Assembly (NCBI RefSeq): GCF_009914755.1
Contig: NC_060929.1
Direction: 5' to 3' (one strand)
DNA length: 64,000 nucleotides
Source: the human T2T-CHM13v2.0 reference genome, Homo sapiens
Below, piece after piece: positions 15,595-29,598 of the stretch. Position 1 is the first letter of the stretch. Each line of letters begins with the position of its first letter. Position numbers and translations under genes: made by a program. The notes beneath the pieces were generated by a model, which made no database searches, had not been told where the DNA came from, and saw only the letters and a list, made by a program, of their open reading frames with translations.

Positions 15595-16830
15595 ACACAG
15601 GGTGGGGAACATCACACACTGGGGCCTGACGTGGGGTTTGGGGCTGAGGGAGGGATAGCATTAGGAGAAATACCTAATGTAAATGACGAGTTAATGGGTG
15701 CAGCACACCAACATGGCACATGTATACATATGTAACAAACCTGCACGTTGTACACATGTACCCTAGAACTTAAAGTATAATAATTTTTAAAAAGCAAGGA
15801 ATCAAAATATACCACTAGAGAAAATTTATCAACCACAAAGGAAGACAGGAAAAGAGGAATAAAGGAACAAAAGATCTACAAAATAACTGGAAAACAATTA
15901 ATGAAATGGCAGTAGTGAGTCTCTATCTATCAAAAATTATCTTGAATGTAAATGGACTCAATTCTCCAATTAAAAGACATAGAGTAGTTGAATGAACAAC
16001 ACCAAAGTAAAAACAAGACTTAACAATATGCTGCCTTCAAGAGACTTACTTCACTTATAAGAACAGACATAGACTGAGTGAAAAACTGGAAAAGATATTT
16101 CAAGCAAACAGAAACCAAAAGGAAGCAGGAGTAGCTATACTTAAATAAAACAGATGTTAAATCAAAAACTGTAAAAATAAAGGTCATTATATAATTAGAA
16201 GGTCAATTCTGCAAGGGCAGATAACACCTGTAAATATATATGTACCCAACATTGGAGCACCTAAATATGTAAGCAAATATTAATAGATCTAAAGGGAGAG
16301 ACAGACCACAATACAATAATAGTAGGGGTCTTCCTCACCCTAGTTTTAGCAATAAACAGATCACCCAGATTAAATATCAGCAAAGATCACCCAGATTAAA
16401 AATACAGCATTTAGTCTACTGTACTGTAGACCAAATGGACCTAATGAACATTTACAAAACATTCCTTCCAACAGCTATAAAATGTACTTTCTTCTCAACT
16501 GCACATGGAATATTCTCTAAATGTTAGGCTACAAAACAAGTCTCAACAAATTTAAGAACATCAAAATTATACAACATATCTTTTCTGCCTACTGGAATAA
16601 AGCTAGAGATCAACAACAGGAGAAACCTCAGAAACATTACACATACATGGAAATTAAACAGCGTGTTCCTGAACAACCAATGGGCCAATGAAAAAATTGA
16701 AGGAAAAATTTAAAAATTTGTTTAGACAAATGAAATGGAAACACAACATATCAAAACCTATGCAATACAGCAAAGCAGTTCTCCCAGGAAAGTTTGTAGC
16801 AACAAATATTTACATCAGAAAAGAGGAAAG

Positions 16831-17165
16831 AGCCAGGAGTAGTGGATCACACCTGTAATCCCACCACTTTGGGAGGCATAGGCAGGTGGATCGCTTGAGC
16901 GCAAGCCCAGGAGTTTGAGATCAGCCTGGGCAATATAGTGAAACCCTGACTCCACTAAAAATACAAAAAATTAGCCAGGCATAGTGGCATGCACCTGTGG
17001 TCCCAGCTACTTAGGAAACTGAAGTAGGAGGATCACCTGAGCCCACGAAGTCAAGGCTGCAGTGAGCCAAGATTGTGCCACTGCACTCTAGCCTGGGCAA
17101 TGAGAGTGAGACCCTGCCAAAAAGAAAAAAAGAGAGAGAGAGAGAAAGAAGGAGAGAGAGAAAAG
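16831..17165 (+). mobile_element. AluJ (Jb-like) with A/GA-rich tail, inside middle L1 ORF2
   Basis: Dimeric Alu with ttgagc…cccaggag and gtcaaggctgcagtgagc diagnostics. TSD-like agaaaagaggaaa/agaaaaaaggaaa. Confidence 0.92.
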
Positions 17166-19869
17166 AAAAAAGGAAATATATCAAATAAACAACCTAACAT
17201 TGCACCTTAAGGAATTAGAAAATCAAGAACAAACTAAATTCAAAATTAGTAAAGGGAAAGAAATAATATCGATGAGAGCAGACATAAACAAAATGGAGAC
17301 TTTAAAAATACAAAAAATCAACTGAGTTAGTTTTTGGAAATGATAAACAAAATTGGCAAACTTTTAGCTACAATAACTAATAGAGAAAGAGAGCCCCTAT
17401 AAATAAAATCATAAATGAAAAAGATATTACAACTAATACCACAGAAATAGAAAGGATCATAAGAGACTACTATGAACAACTAGACACCAACAAATTGGAA
17501 AGCCTAGAAGAAATGGATAAATTCTTGGATACATACAGCCTACCAAAGTTGAATCACGAATAAAGAGAACACATGAACAGACCAATAATGACTAACAAGA
17601 TTGAATCAGTAATAAAAAGTATCCCATCAAAGCACAAGAATGGATGATTTCCCTGCTGAATTCTATCAGACATTTAAAGAATTTATCACTTTTTTTTTCA
17701 AATTGTTCCAGAAAATTTAAGAGGAATTCTTCCAAACTCATTTTACAAGGCCAGCATTATCCTGATGCCAAAATCAGACAAGGGCATGCCATAAAAAGAA
17801 AAACTACAGGCCAGTATCCCTGATGAACACAGATGCAGAATCCTTAACAAAATACTAGCCAATTACACATTAAAAAGATCACTGTGATCAAGTGGAATTA
17901 ATTCCAGGGATGCAAAAAAAAGTCCAACACATGCAAATCAATACATGTGACATGTCACATTAACAGAATCAAAGACAAAAACCATATGTTCATTTTAGTA
18001 GATGCTAAAAAGGCATTTGATAAAATTCACCATGTCTCCATGATAAGAATTTTGAATATGTTAGGTATAAATAAAATATACCCCAACACAGTAAAGACCA
18101 GATATGTCAAAATCACATCTAACACCATACTGAATGGGGAAAAGTTGAATGCTTTTTCTCTAAGATCTAAAACAAGATGAGGATATCCACTTTCACAGCT
18201 TTTATTCAGCATAGTATTGCAAGACCTAGCCAGAGCAATTAGGCAAGAGAAGAAAATAAAGGACATCCAAATTGGAAAAAAGGAAGCCAAATTGTTCTAT
18301 GTTTGTAGATGAAATGATCTTAAATGCAGAATATCCTAAAGACTCCACCAAAATAACTGTTAGGATCAATAAATAAATTTAGTAAAGTTGCAGAATACAA
18401 AATCAATATACAATAATCAGTAGCATTTCTATACACCAATAGCAAATTACCTGAAAAATAAATCAAGAAAGCAATCCCATTTACAATACTTACAAAAAAT
18501 AAAATACCTAGAAATACATTTAACTCAGAAGGTAAAAGATTGTTACAGTGAAAACTATAAAACATTGATGAATGCTTTATTAATGAAAAGATATCCTATG
18601 TTCATGGGTTGGAAGAACTAATATTGTTTAAGATGTCCACACTATCCAAAGCAACTTGCAGATTCAATGCAATCTCTATCAAAATACCAATAACTTCTTC
18701 ACAGAAATAGAAAAAACAATCTTAAAATGCATACAGAATCACAAAAGACTCCCAACTAGCCAATGCAATCCTGAGCAAAAAGAACAAAGCTGGAGGTATC
18801 ACACTTTCTTACTTCAAAATATACTACACTACAAAGCCATATAGTAACCCAAACTGCATGATACTGGCATAAAAACAGACACATAGACCAAAAGGAGCAG
18901 AACAGAGAGCCCAGAAACAAATCCACGTATTTTCTGCCAACTCATTTTCAACAAAGATGCCAAGAACACACATTAGAGAAAGCAAAGTCTCTTCAATAAA
19001 TGGTGCTGGGAAAACTGGATATCCACATGGAGAAGAATGATGCTGGAACCCTATCTCTCACAACTGACAAAAATAAACTCAAAATAGATTAAAAACTTAA
19101 ATGTTAAGACCCAAAACAATAAAACCACTAAAAGAAAACATAAGAGAAATGCTTCATGACATTGGTCTGGAGAAAGATTTTTTGGATAAAACCTCAAAAG
19201 CACGAACAACAAAAGCAAAAATAGACAAATGGAATTACACCAACCAAAAAACCTCTAAACAACAACAAACAAAACAATGTGAAGAGACAACCTACAAAAT
19301 GGAGACTGGGAGAAAATATTTGCAAATTATGCGTCTGACAAGGGGTTAATATTGAGTATAAAAAGAACTCAACTCAGTAGAAAAAAAATTAACAATTTGA
19401 TTTTTTGTTAATGGGCAAAAGACCTGAATAGACATTTCCCCAAAGAAGACATACAAATGGCCAACAGGTATATGAAAAAATGTTTGACATAATTAATCAT
19501 CAGGGAAATGCAAGTGAAAACCATAATGAAATATCTCCTCACCACCATTAGAACAGCTATAAACAAAAAGACAAAAAAATAACAAATGTTGGCATGGATG
19601 TGGAGAAAGGGGAATACTGATATACTGTTGATGGGAACATGAATTAGTACAGGCATTAGGGAAAACAGTATTGCGGTTTCTCAAAATATTGAAAATTGAG
19701 CTACCATATCACCCATCAATCCCACTGCAGAGTATATATACAAAGGAATTGAAATCGATATGCCAAAGAGATAGCTGCACTCCATGTTTATTGCAGCAAT
19801 ATTCACAATAGCCAAGATATGAAAACAACCTAAGTGTTCATCAATGGATAAATGGATAAAGAAAATGAG

Positions 19870-20125
19870 GTATATGTGTTACATACCACATATATAGTAT
19901 ATATGTGGTATACTTGTTATATACCATATATACAGTATATATCCTAATCCTATATACCATATATAGTATATACCATATATATAACACATATACCACTATT
20001 TATACTATATATAGTATGTAACACATATACTATATTTCTTATATATAGTATTATATTATATATAGTGTGTGTATATATATATATATATAGTGTGTGTGCG
20101 TATATATATATATATATACACATAT
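19870..20125. repeat. (TA)n-rich low-complexity expansion within L1
   Basis: Runs of tatata with tg interruptions. Confidence 0.9.
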
Positions 20126-22073
20126 AATTCAATGGAATACTAAATCAGGCATAAAAAAAGAATAAAACCTTGATATTTTCTGGTAAAATGGATGAATCTG
20201 GAGGACATTATGTTAAGAAAAATGAGCCAGACACAAAAAGACAAACACCACATGATCTCATTCATATGTGGAGTCTAAAGAAGTTGATCTCACAGAAGTA
20301 GAGTGTAGAATAGTGACTATGAGAGGCTAAGGAGGGTAGGTAGGAGTAGGGATAGGGAGGTTGGTTAACAGGTACAAAGTTACAGTTAGGAGAAGTAAGT
20401 CCTATATTCTATTGCAGAGTAGGGTGTTACAGTTAACAATATTGAATATTTCAAGATAACTAGAAGAGAGAATTTTAAAAGTTCTCACCACAAAGAAATG
20501 ATAAATGCATGAAATGATGGATATGCTAAATATCCTGATTTGATAATTACACAATCTACACATGTATCAAAACCTCACACTTTACCCCAAAATGCATACA
20601 ACTATGTGTTAATTTTAAATATTTTTAAATTTAAAACTAAAAAAATAGAAAAGAGTCCCATTTACAATAGCATCAAAAAGAATAAAGTACTTAGGAATAA
20701 ATTTAACCAAGGAGGAGAAAGATCTGTAAACTAAAATCATAAAGCATTAACAAAAGAATTTGAAGAAGATAAAAATAAATGGAAAGATACCCTGTGCTCA
20801 CTGATTGGGATAATTAATATTACTAAAATGTCCATGCTACCTAAAATGCTTTACAGATTCAATGTAACCTCTGTCAAAATTCCCATGGTGTTTTTCACAG
20901 AAATAGAAAAGAAATCCTAAAATATGTGTGAAATCACTAAAGACCCTGAATAAACAAAGCCATCTTGAATTAGAAGAACTAAGGTAGTAGCATCACATTT
21001 TCTGATATCAAATTATATTACAAAGCAATAATAATCAAAACAGTATGGTACTGGCATTAAAAACAGACAAGTAGACCAATGGAACAGAATAGAGAGCCCA
21101 GAAAAAAGCCCACATGTATACTACAGTCAACTAATTTTTGATAAAGGCATCAAGAATATACAATAGGGAAAGGATGATCTCTTCAATAAATGGCATTGGG
21201 AAAACTGGATATGCATATGCAAAAGAATAAAATTGGAATCTTACTTTATACCATACACAGAGGTTAACTCAAAATGAATTGAAGACCTATACACAAGATC
21301 TGAAACTACAAAACTAGAAGAAAACATATAGAAAACTATAAAAATAGAAGAAAACTTTTGTTCCTTGAAATTTTTCTTGGCAATTTTTTTTTACTTATCA
21401 CTCAAAGCACAGGCAACAAAAGCAAAAACAAACACGTATAACTATATCAAATTAAAAATTTCTGCGCAGCAAAAGGAACAATCAACAAAATGAAAAGGCA
21501 TCCTATGGAATGTGAGAAAATATGTGAACACTGTATGTCCAATGAAAGGTTAATATCAAAAATATATAAGAAACTCTTACAACTCAATACCATACAAATG
21601 AACAAACAAACCAACAAAATAACCCAAGTGAAAAATGGGTAAAAGGGCTGCATAGAAAATTTTCCAAAGAAGATATACAAATGACCAACAGGTACATGAA
21701 GAGATGCCCAACATCACTAATCATCAAGGAAATGCAAATCAAAACCACAGTGAGATATTGCCTCACACCTGTTAGGTTGGCTATTATCAAAAAGTCAAAG
21801 ATAATGAGGGTTGGGAAAGATGTGAAGAAAAGGGAACACTTATCTACTGTTGGTGAGACTATAAATTGGTACAGCCCTATGAAAATAGTATGGAGTTTCC
21901 TCAAAAAATTAAAAATAGAACTACCATACGATCTAGCAATCCCTCTTCTGGGTATATATCCAAAGGAAATAAAATCACTATCTCAAAAAGATAGCTCTAC
22001 TCCCACATTCCCCCTTGCAGCAATATTCATAATAACCAAAATAAGGAAATAATCTAAGTGTCCTACAACACAC

Positions 22074-22471
22074 TGATAAGGTTTGACTGTGTGTCCCCAC
22101 CCAAATCTCATCTCTAATTGTAATCCCCGTAATCTCCACCTCAAAGGAGGGACCTGGTGGAAGGTGACTGGATCGTGGGGGTGGTTTTCCCCATGCCGTT
22201 CTCATGATAGTGAGTGAGTTCTCATGAGAGCTGATGGTTTTATAAGTGTTTGACAGTTCCTCCTTCACACTTGCACACACTCCCTCCTGCAGCCTTGTGA
22301 AGAAGTTGCCTGTTTCCCCTTCAATTTCTGCCATGATTATAAGTTTTCTGAGGCCTCCTAGTCATGCTTCCCATTAAGCCAGTGGAACTGTGAGTCAATT
22401 AAACCTCTTTCCTTTATAATTCCTAGTCTCAGGTAGTATTCTTTATATCAGTGTGAGAATGGACGAATACA
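22074..22471 (+). mobile_element. MSTA/THE1D-like MaLR solo LTR
   Basis: tgataaggtttgactgtgtgtccccacccaaatctcatc…gtgtgagaatggacgaataca. TSD cacac/cacaa. Confidence 0.92.
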
Positions 22472-22499
22472 CACAATTGAATATTATTATTGAGCCTTA

Positions 22500-22820
<321 letters not shown>

Positions 22821-23049
22821 GGAGAAAGAAATCGAAATCTTGCCATTTGCAATAACATGGATGAAGTTAGAGGACATTACGCTAAATGAAATAAGCCAGA
22901 TAAATAAACATAAATACTGCATAGTCTCATGTACATGTGGAATCTTTAAAAAAAAGTCAAATACATAGAAACAGAGAGTAAAATGGTGATGACCAGGGGC
23001 TGAGTCATGGAAAAAAAAGGGGAAATATTATTCAAAGGGTACAAACTTT

Positions 23050-23370
<321 letters not shown>

Positions 23371-26300
23371 TAAGTTCAGGTTTAATGTCCAGCTTGGTGA
23401 CCATAATTAGTAATAATGTATTGTGTACTTGAAATTTGCTAAGAGAGTAGATCTTAAGTGTTCTCACCAGGGAAACAGAGGTAACCACGTGAGGTGATGG
23501 ATGTTAGCTTGATTGTGGTAATAATTTCACAGTATATATCAAAATATCATGTTGTAAAAAATATATACAATTTTTATGTGTTAATCATACCTCAATAAAG
23601 GGTGTGGGGGAGGATATTGCCTCCAAATCAGGGTCTATTCACACATTTCCCCTGAGGAGATTCCCTCCAGCCTGGCCAGCTCACTGTTCAGCCCCGGGTG
23701 CTGCCCCTGAGGATGCAGCTTCTGGGGATGGCTGAGGATGGCTGGCTACACTGGAGGCAGGAGGCTGATGGTTCAGTGATGTCTTTGATCCCTACATCTA
23801 TATTACTGCATTGTTCCACTCACTGGAATAAGAACTTTGATTCCTATTTAAACCAGGGCTTTAGAGGATATTTAAAAGAAATAATGGGAATTCCCAACAT
23901 GGAAACATTACTTTTTACTGAAAGCACAGTTCACAGACAGGGGGATAAAAGGAAGTTAGATCTGATTCCTGAGTGTCCTACCTATTTACATTTTGGAATC
24001 CAGTAATGTAAGTACATTTATGCTTGTGTTTAAAATATGAGCATAGAAACAACACCTAGAAAACACATGTATTTAAATCTAAGTTGAAGATAAGATGGAA
24101 TTTATTGGAGGGCAACAGCAGTGACCAAAAAAAAAAAAGCAAGAGACCAATTCAACACATTAGACCTGGTCAAATAACTACCTCACGCGCAGCTACAATT
24201 ACCTGAACGCCAACAACAAAATGCTGTGACGATTCAGTCTTCATCATAATTACTCATCTTCTATAGACGATACAGTCTTAAAGCATAGGAAAGAATGTAT
24301 GTACAAAGAAGCACGGAAAATGACACGGTGTAGAAGATGATGACTACTCCAGTGAATGCCATAGGTGGAGCCAATTTTCTAACTGGAGTAAAATGAACTA
24401 AATTCAGAATCAAATTGAAATGTAGAGGAATATTTATTTTTCTCACCTTAATGCTTTCCTTTAAGCAGGTTTAGTTTTCATTCATTTCACTGATCTAAGG
24501 TTAATAAATTCATTATTTCAGCACCCTATGAAGAAGAAACACATCTTTTTTTTTAATTATTCTTCCTCAATAAAAGCATATCTGGAATCCTATTTTCTGA
24601 GTGAGCTGGCACACGGGGTGGGGGAGGGGAAAACTGGGAGTGTGTTGGGGAAAGCGAGGGCAGGAGGGATGACAAATCTGACCCTACCCGACAGTGCTGC
24701 CTGTCCTGTAGCATCCCAACCCTTACAGTGGTCACCCATGTGTAGTTAATCAGATTAAAAGCCTCTGAGAAACCCCTTTGAATCTCTGTCAAACAAAGAC
24801 ATGGAATAAACAAGAAAAAGCAGGAAGGTTATAATGCTGCACGTGGGTTAGTAATAGAAGCAAATGCAAACGCCCAGGTACCTCAGAGACTTACCCGTAC
24901 CTGTCAGGGGTCTGAAAGATTTCCTGTGGCCCTGGCAGTCTGGATTTAAGGCAGGCTTAGGGGAATTAGTAAACAAAACACAGCTGAGGGTCTTTTGCCA
25001 TAAACTGAACAACCAAGGAAATGAAAGTAAGGCCACGGCAAAGTTGTCTCAGCGGTGTCACTGGCTGCCATGGGGCAGCCCTGCGGTGGAAGGGCCTGAC
25101 CGGCCCGGGCCAGGGTGACATCTCGGGATGTGATCTGAGCCGTCCTTGTGTGCAGATCCATGTGTTTGGAGAACAGGGTCTGTCTGTTATGTGAACACAG
25201 AGGGCATTGAGCCCAAAGCCTCATATACATTAAAAATATAATGAGAGAGATTTTTATCTTCCATGAATATTTAATTCTTCTGAAAGCCAACCATCTGCAT
25301 ATCACAATGCCCCGATGCATGTGTGTGATTTTCTCTGTTGTCTTTCAAAATAAAGCAGACCATTTCACTCTTCCTGTGATGCCTTGAAAGTTGCTTAAAT
25401 GTGCATTGATCACTTTGATCTAATGAGTGTGTGTATTTTAAAACAAAGTCAGCACTGTTGCTCTAATCTATTTGTGTGAAGGAAACAGAACAATGGGGGG
25501 AAACCAGGTCGGGTTTCATCGTTTTCCTGGTGGCCTGTATCACAATTCACTGCCGTTTTGAATGCTGTTTAATTTTTGCTGATGTCTTTTTATCTTAGGC
25601 TTCATGTGAATTTAAAAAGAGTTTCATTGATATGCAACCTACTGTGTATTATGATATCCTGCCTGCCCTGTTGCACTGTGGAAGCCTGCAGCTGCCTGAA
25701 GCCTAATTATGCATGCATGCATGCCAAGCCCAGATGCTCGGCCAAGAGTGCCTCAACCGACTACAGTTTCTCACTTGTTTTTGTTTGAATTATAATTGGG
25801 CAGATCTATATTTCTCAACCCATCTTGTAGCTTCAGCATGCTCCTCTTTGCCTCTGTTGCTACCTCTGCTTGAGTCAGCTTCTTCATGAAGGAGTCCCTT
25901 GCCAATCTGAAGTGCCTCTGAGATCTGAGAAGGGTCATTCATGGGTTTGACAAATCCTTTTACCTACACCGCATTTTAAAAGGTACAAAAATGACCCTAG
26001 CCCCAATCAGATTTCCTCCAGATGGTTGGTAGCTTAAAAAAAAAAAAAAGAATAGTTAACTAGAAGCTGGCATCTGGGTAGAAACAAAGAAGGCTTAGAG
26101 CCAGGCATCTACAATGGAGAGGAATATCAGAACTAAAGCTTTACACCTGCTGAAGGAAGGTAATGGAGACTAGCAAAAACAGATTTGTTAAGCATGTGCA
26201 TTCACTATTCAGAGAGCCTTTTGTGAACTGTTTTCCAGGCTACCTACGGGACCTCAGTCTTCAAGAATAACAAAGCCTCATCTGAGAGTGTGAAACTGGG

Positions 26301-26409
26301 TATGGCATCGCACTAAATGTGGTGTTACTCTGAGTCACCCTTCATCTGGAGATGTACACATAGAGTAACCCTCTCATATAGGATGGCAGCTGCTAGTTAT
26401 AGTACTTAT

Positions 26410-26540
26410 TTCTTTTTTTTACAACTTTAAAAAATTTCTTGAGATGTGATTTCACTATGCTGCCCAGGCTGGCCTCAAACTCCTGGCCTCGGGAGCTCCC
26501 AAGTAACTGGAACTACAGGCACACACCACCATGCCAGGCC
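26410..26540 (-). mobile_element. FLAM-like Alu monomer
   Basis: gatttcactatgctgcccaggctggcctcaaactcctggcctc…ctacaggcacacaccaccatgccaggcc. Confidence 0.8.
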
Positions 26541-26833
26541 ATACGGTATTTATTTCTGAGGTACTATCAGAGACACTGTATTGTTTTTTAAATGGAGCAT
26601 CAAATTAAGCACACAGATTAATTTCATTGAAAATCGTGGGATATTTTTTGATCCTGAAGCTTAAAAAAAAGTGGTGAAATTATATTGAAGCTTCAAGAGT
26701 AAGCAGGAATTTATAATAAGATAATTCTCCATGACAATCTTAAGACATAAAATCATTGGGTGAGCATTTGTCATTCAATTAGACTACTTCTGTTTGAAGA
26801 GTAATTCTTAACAACTAACATTTTCATCCAACA

Positions 26834-27334
26834 TGCTGGTAAAGAAACAATTTTTCTGACATTTGTTAAAATGGCTAGGTAGACTTTATTCAGGGCTATT
26901 GTGATAAAAGTAGATACTGCTGCAATACAGTTTTGTAGTAGGGGAGAGAGATTGGGCTCAACATTGAATATAAGGAAAAGTGAAGATTTATAGTGAGGTG
27001 GGACACTGAATGGAAAATTGCTAAGAAGAAATATCATGGGAAGAGGGGATTCTGCCTAAAATGATTCTGGCTAATCTGACCTAACAAGATTCTTGCTGAT
27101 AGCAGGCCAAAGTGGTCAGACGTCAGCTGGCAGATGGTGGACAATGAGGAATTTGATCAGATAGTGTGTGTCATCCATTACCAAGGGGAGAGGTTCTCTC
27201 TAAACTAACTTTTCAAGATTCTTGCTAAAACCGGATTCTACAAGGCTAGAGACAGAAGCCTACGGTCAGGTCCGGTCTAGCAAAGGCATCAGTATAACCT
27301 GACTAGAGATTGGTCAAGGAGAAAATCTTTGTCA
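26834..27334 (-). mobile_element. MER31-family ERV1 solo LTR
   Basis: Reverse strand begins tgacaaagattttctccttgaccaatctctagtcagg, the MER31 start. TG…CA termini. Confidence 0.85.
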
Positions 27335-27530
27335 ACACCTTACTACTCATGTTATAGTGCCATTATAATTACTTGAAGTTGATACTATTACTATTTCCAT
27401 TTTACAGATAAGAACATTGAGACCTTGACACTTTCCCAAAACCAATCGCTTCTATGTTGGCAGAAATGAGATTTGAACGCACATTGTCTCAGTCCAAAAT
27501 TCATGTGCCTAGCAGCGATTATATTTTGCC
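27335..27530 (-). mobile_element. MIR SINE (probably interrupted by the MER31 LTR)
   Basis: actatttccattttacagataagaacattgaga…ggcagaaatgagatttgaacgc. Confidence 0.7.
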
Positions 27531-27741
27531 TACCTAAGAGGAACATTTGACTCAAATACTGTTTTCAGCACACAAACTCTGTTTCTCAGATGTAAATAAT
27601 ACTGACATTTATCTAGTGCCTACTCAGTGCCAAACACTGAGTGCTTTACAACTCCTGTATGAGGTAAATGTATGCATTAGCCAATTTTCTAAATGAGCTC
27701 TCCACTCTTAACCATTCTGCTAATAGTTTCCAACTTTAGCT

Positions 27742-27872
27742 AAAACATAGATGGCTGAGCTCTCTCCCTAGTGTTTTGGATTCAGTAGGTCTGGGTTCAA
27801 GCCCAAGAACTTGCTTTGTAATACATGATGTTGATCCTGCTGGTCTGGGGACCATACTTTAGAACCACTACT
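27742..27872. mobile_element. MER5A (hAT-Charlie) fragment
   Basis: gattcagtaggtctggg…gctggtctggggaccatactttagaaccact. Confidence 0.75.
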
Positions 27873-27944
27873 CTATGCTGTACTAATATTACCAATATAT
27901 AATTGGTATAATTAATTATCCCAGGTCCTTCACCTGCATGCTAT

Positions 27945-28080
27945 ACATTTCTAATCCTATTAAGGGAGAGGAAAATTGAGTTCCAAAAAGTCAAGTAAAT
28001 GGTGTGGCATCACACTGATGGTAGGCAGGAGAGCCAGGACCCAAATACAGAGCTGACTTCCAATACCCAAGCTCTTCCCA
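27945..28080 (-). mobile_element. MIR/MIR3 fragment
   Basis: gaggaaaattgagttccaaaaagtcaagtaa…agagccaggacccaaatacag. Confidence 0.5.
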
Positions 28081-28291
28081 AGACCACCCGGGGTTCCAGG
28101 CTGGGTGGTCTTCCAAACTGACTAGTCATAGAGTAAACCCAGGATGTGTCTTACACTAAATGGTAACATAATACAGTGCACATTAATAATTAATATAATT
28201 CCCTGGAATATGAGGAGGAGTGTCATTGTCTTAATAAATTGCTTGGAAAACAAAATGTTTTGGGCATGTTGGCAATGTGTGAAATAACTAG

Positions 28292-29235
28292 TGCTGGGGC
28301 TTAGAAAAATGATACCTCAAAGCCTGGCACTTGGACATGCTGAGTACTTTCAACTAAAGAAGCAACCTCAGCACCAAGGTGACCTCCTGCCTTCCTGTCT
28401 ATTGCCCCTCTGCTCCTCCAGAAGCACAGGGAAGGGTTTCCTTTGAAATTCTCCTATCTGACTAACAATGTTCCTCCAGAAGGAATGCAGTTGTCTTGGA
28501 CCTCCTCCCTATAATCTCATCAAACCGGGAAGATTAACTAGAAGGAAAGAAGACTAGAATTGACATCACACCCAGAGCCCAGAGGAACTTTGTCCCAGAT
28601 TATTGTCTTTTCTTCAGGTCCATTCATCCACCTAAAAATCCTTTACTCTTTCTCTAAAATTGCCTACATCTCTGTGTTAGTCTGTTTTCATGCTGCCGAT
28701 AAAGACATACCCAAGATTGGGTAATTTATAAAGAAAAAGAGGTTTAATGGAATCACAGTTCCATGTAGCTAGGGGAAGCCTCACAATCATGGTGAAAGGT
28801 GAAAGGCACATCTTACATGAAGATGAAAGAGAACGAGAGCCAAGAGAAAGGAGAACCGCCTTATAAAACCATCAGATCTCATGAGACTTATCCACTACCA
28901 AGAGAACAGTAGGGGGGAAACTGCCCGCATCATCCAATTATCTCCCACTGGTTCCCTCCCACAACACATGGGAATTATGGGAGCTACAATTCAAGATGAG
29001 ATTTGGGTGGGAACACAGCCAAACCATATCAATCTCCTGTTTCCCTGTCCCTCATGAAGAGGGCATTCAAGCTTCAGTCATCTTGCCCTTCATACTTTGT
29101 GTGACTCCTGTGCCCTTGCACGTTAACAAATTTGTATGCCTTTTCTCATGCTAATCTATCTATTGTCTGTTTATTTTATAGACTCAAATTCTTGAAGCTT
29201 TAGGGTTCAGAACGAAAGTTCCCTTCACCTGGGCA
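28292..29235 (+). mobile_element. MER39-like ERV1 solo LTR (interrupted by THE1)
   Basis: Starts tgctggggcttagaaaaatgatacctcaaa…gacatgctga and ends …gggca. Perfect 4-bp TSD CTAG (28288-28291 / 29236-29239). Confidence 0.85.
28673..29031 (-). mobile_element. THE1B/C MaLR solo LTR
   Basis: tgtgttagtctgttttcatgctgccgataaagacatacccaag…gagatttgggtgggaacacagccaaaccatatca. Perfect 5-bp TSD ATCTC. Confidence 0.95.
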
Positions 29236-29430
29236 CTAGATTCAGGCAAGGAGATAATTTTCATGACCAAAGATGCTTGTCAGTACTGTATTAAATTTTT
29301 CTTTAAGTTGAGACATTAGAAATATATTTTACTCCACGAATGAAATGTGACACAGAGCAAAAGAGAAACAGATAGGGATTAATAGGATATGGATATTTAT
29401 AGGTATTTAGACCTGTGAGTTTAATTTTCT

Positions 29431-29598
29431 TTCTTCTATTTTTAGAGACAGGGTCTCACGCTGTCACGCAGGCTGGGGTGCAGTGTGTGGCACTATCATA
29501 GCTCACTGCTGCCTCAAACTCCTGGGCTCAAGTGATCCTCTGGCCTCAGTCTCCCAAATAGTTGGGACTACAGGCACAAGCCCCCACACCCAGATTTT
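29431..29598 (-). mobile_element. FRAM/FAM-like Alu monomer
   Basis: gagacagggtctcacgctgtcacgcaggctgg…gggactacaggcac. ~21-bp TSD gac(c/t)tgt(g/a)agtttaattttct. Confidence 0.85.

Larger units (their letters stand above)
15801..20641 (+). mobile_element. Middle L1M (L1MA6/7-like), 3' part: degraded ORF2 and 3'UTR
   Basis: ORF2 start atggcagtagtgagtc (~15906), RT-like fragments (17947-18180), and 3'UTR gttctcaccacaaagaaatgataaatg…gatggatatgctaaatatcctgatttgat. Confidence 0.9.

Noticed and set aside
16358-16409. 26-bp tandem duplication agatcacccagattaaa in the middle L1
   Set aside because: Ordinary slippage duplication in a dead element.
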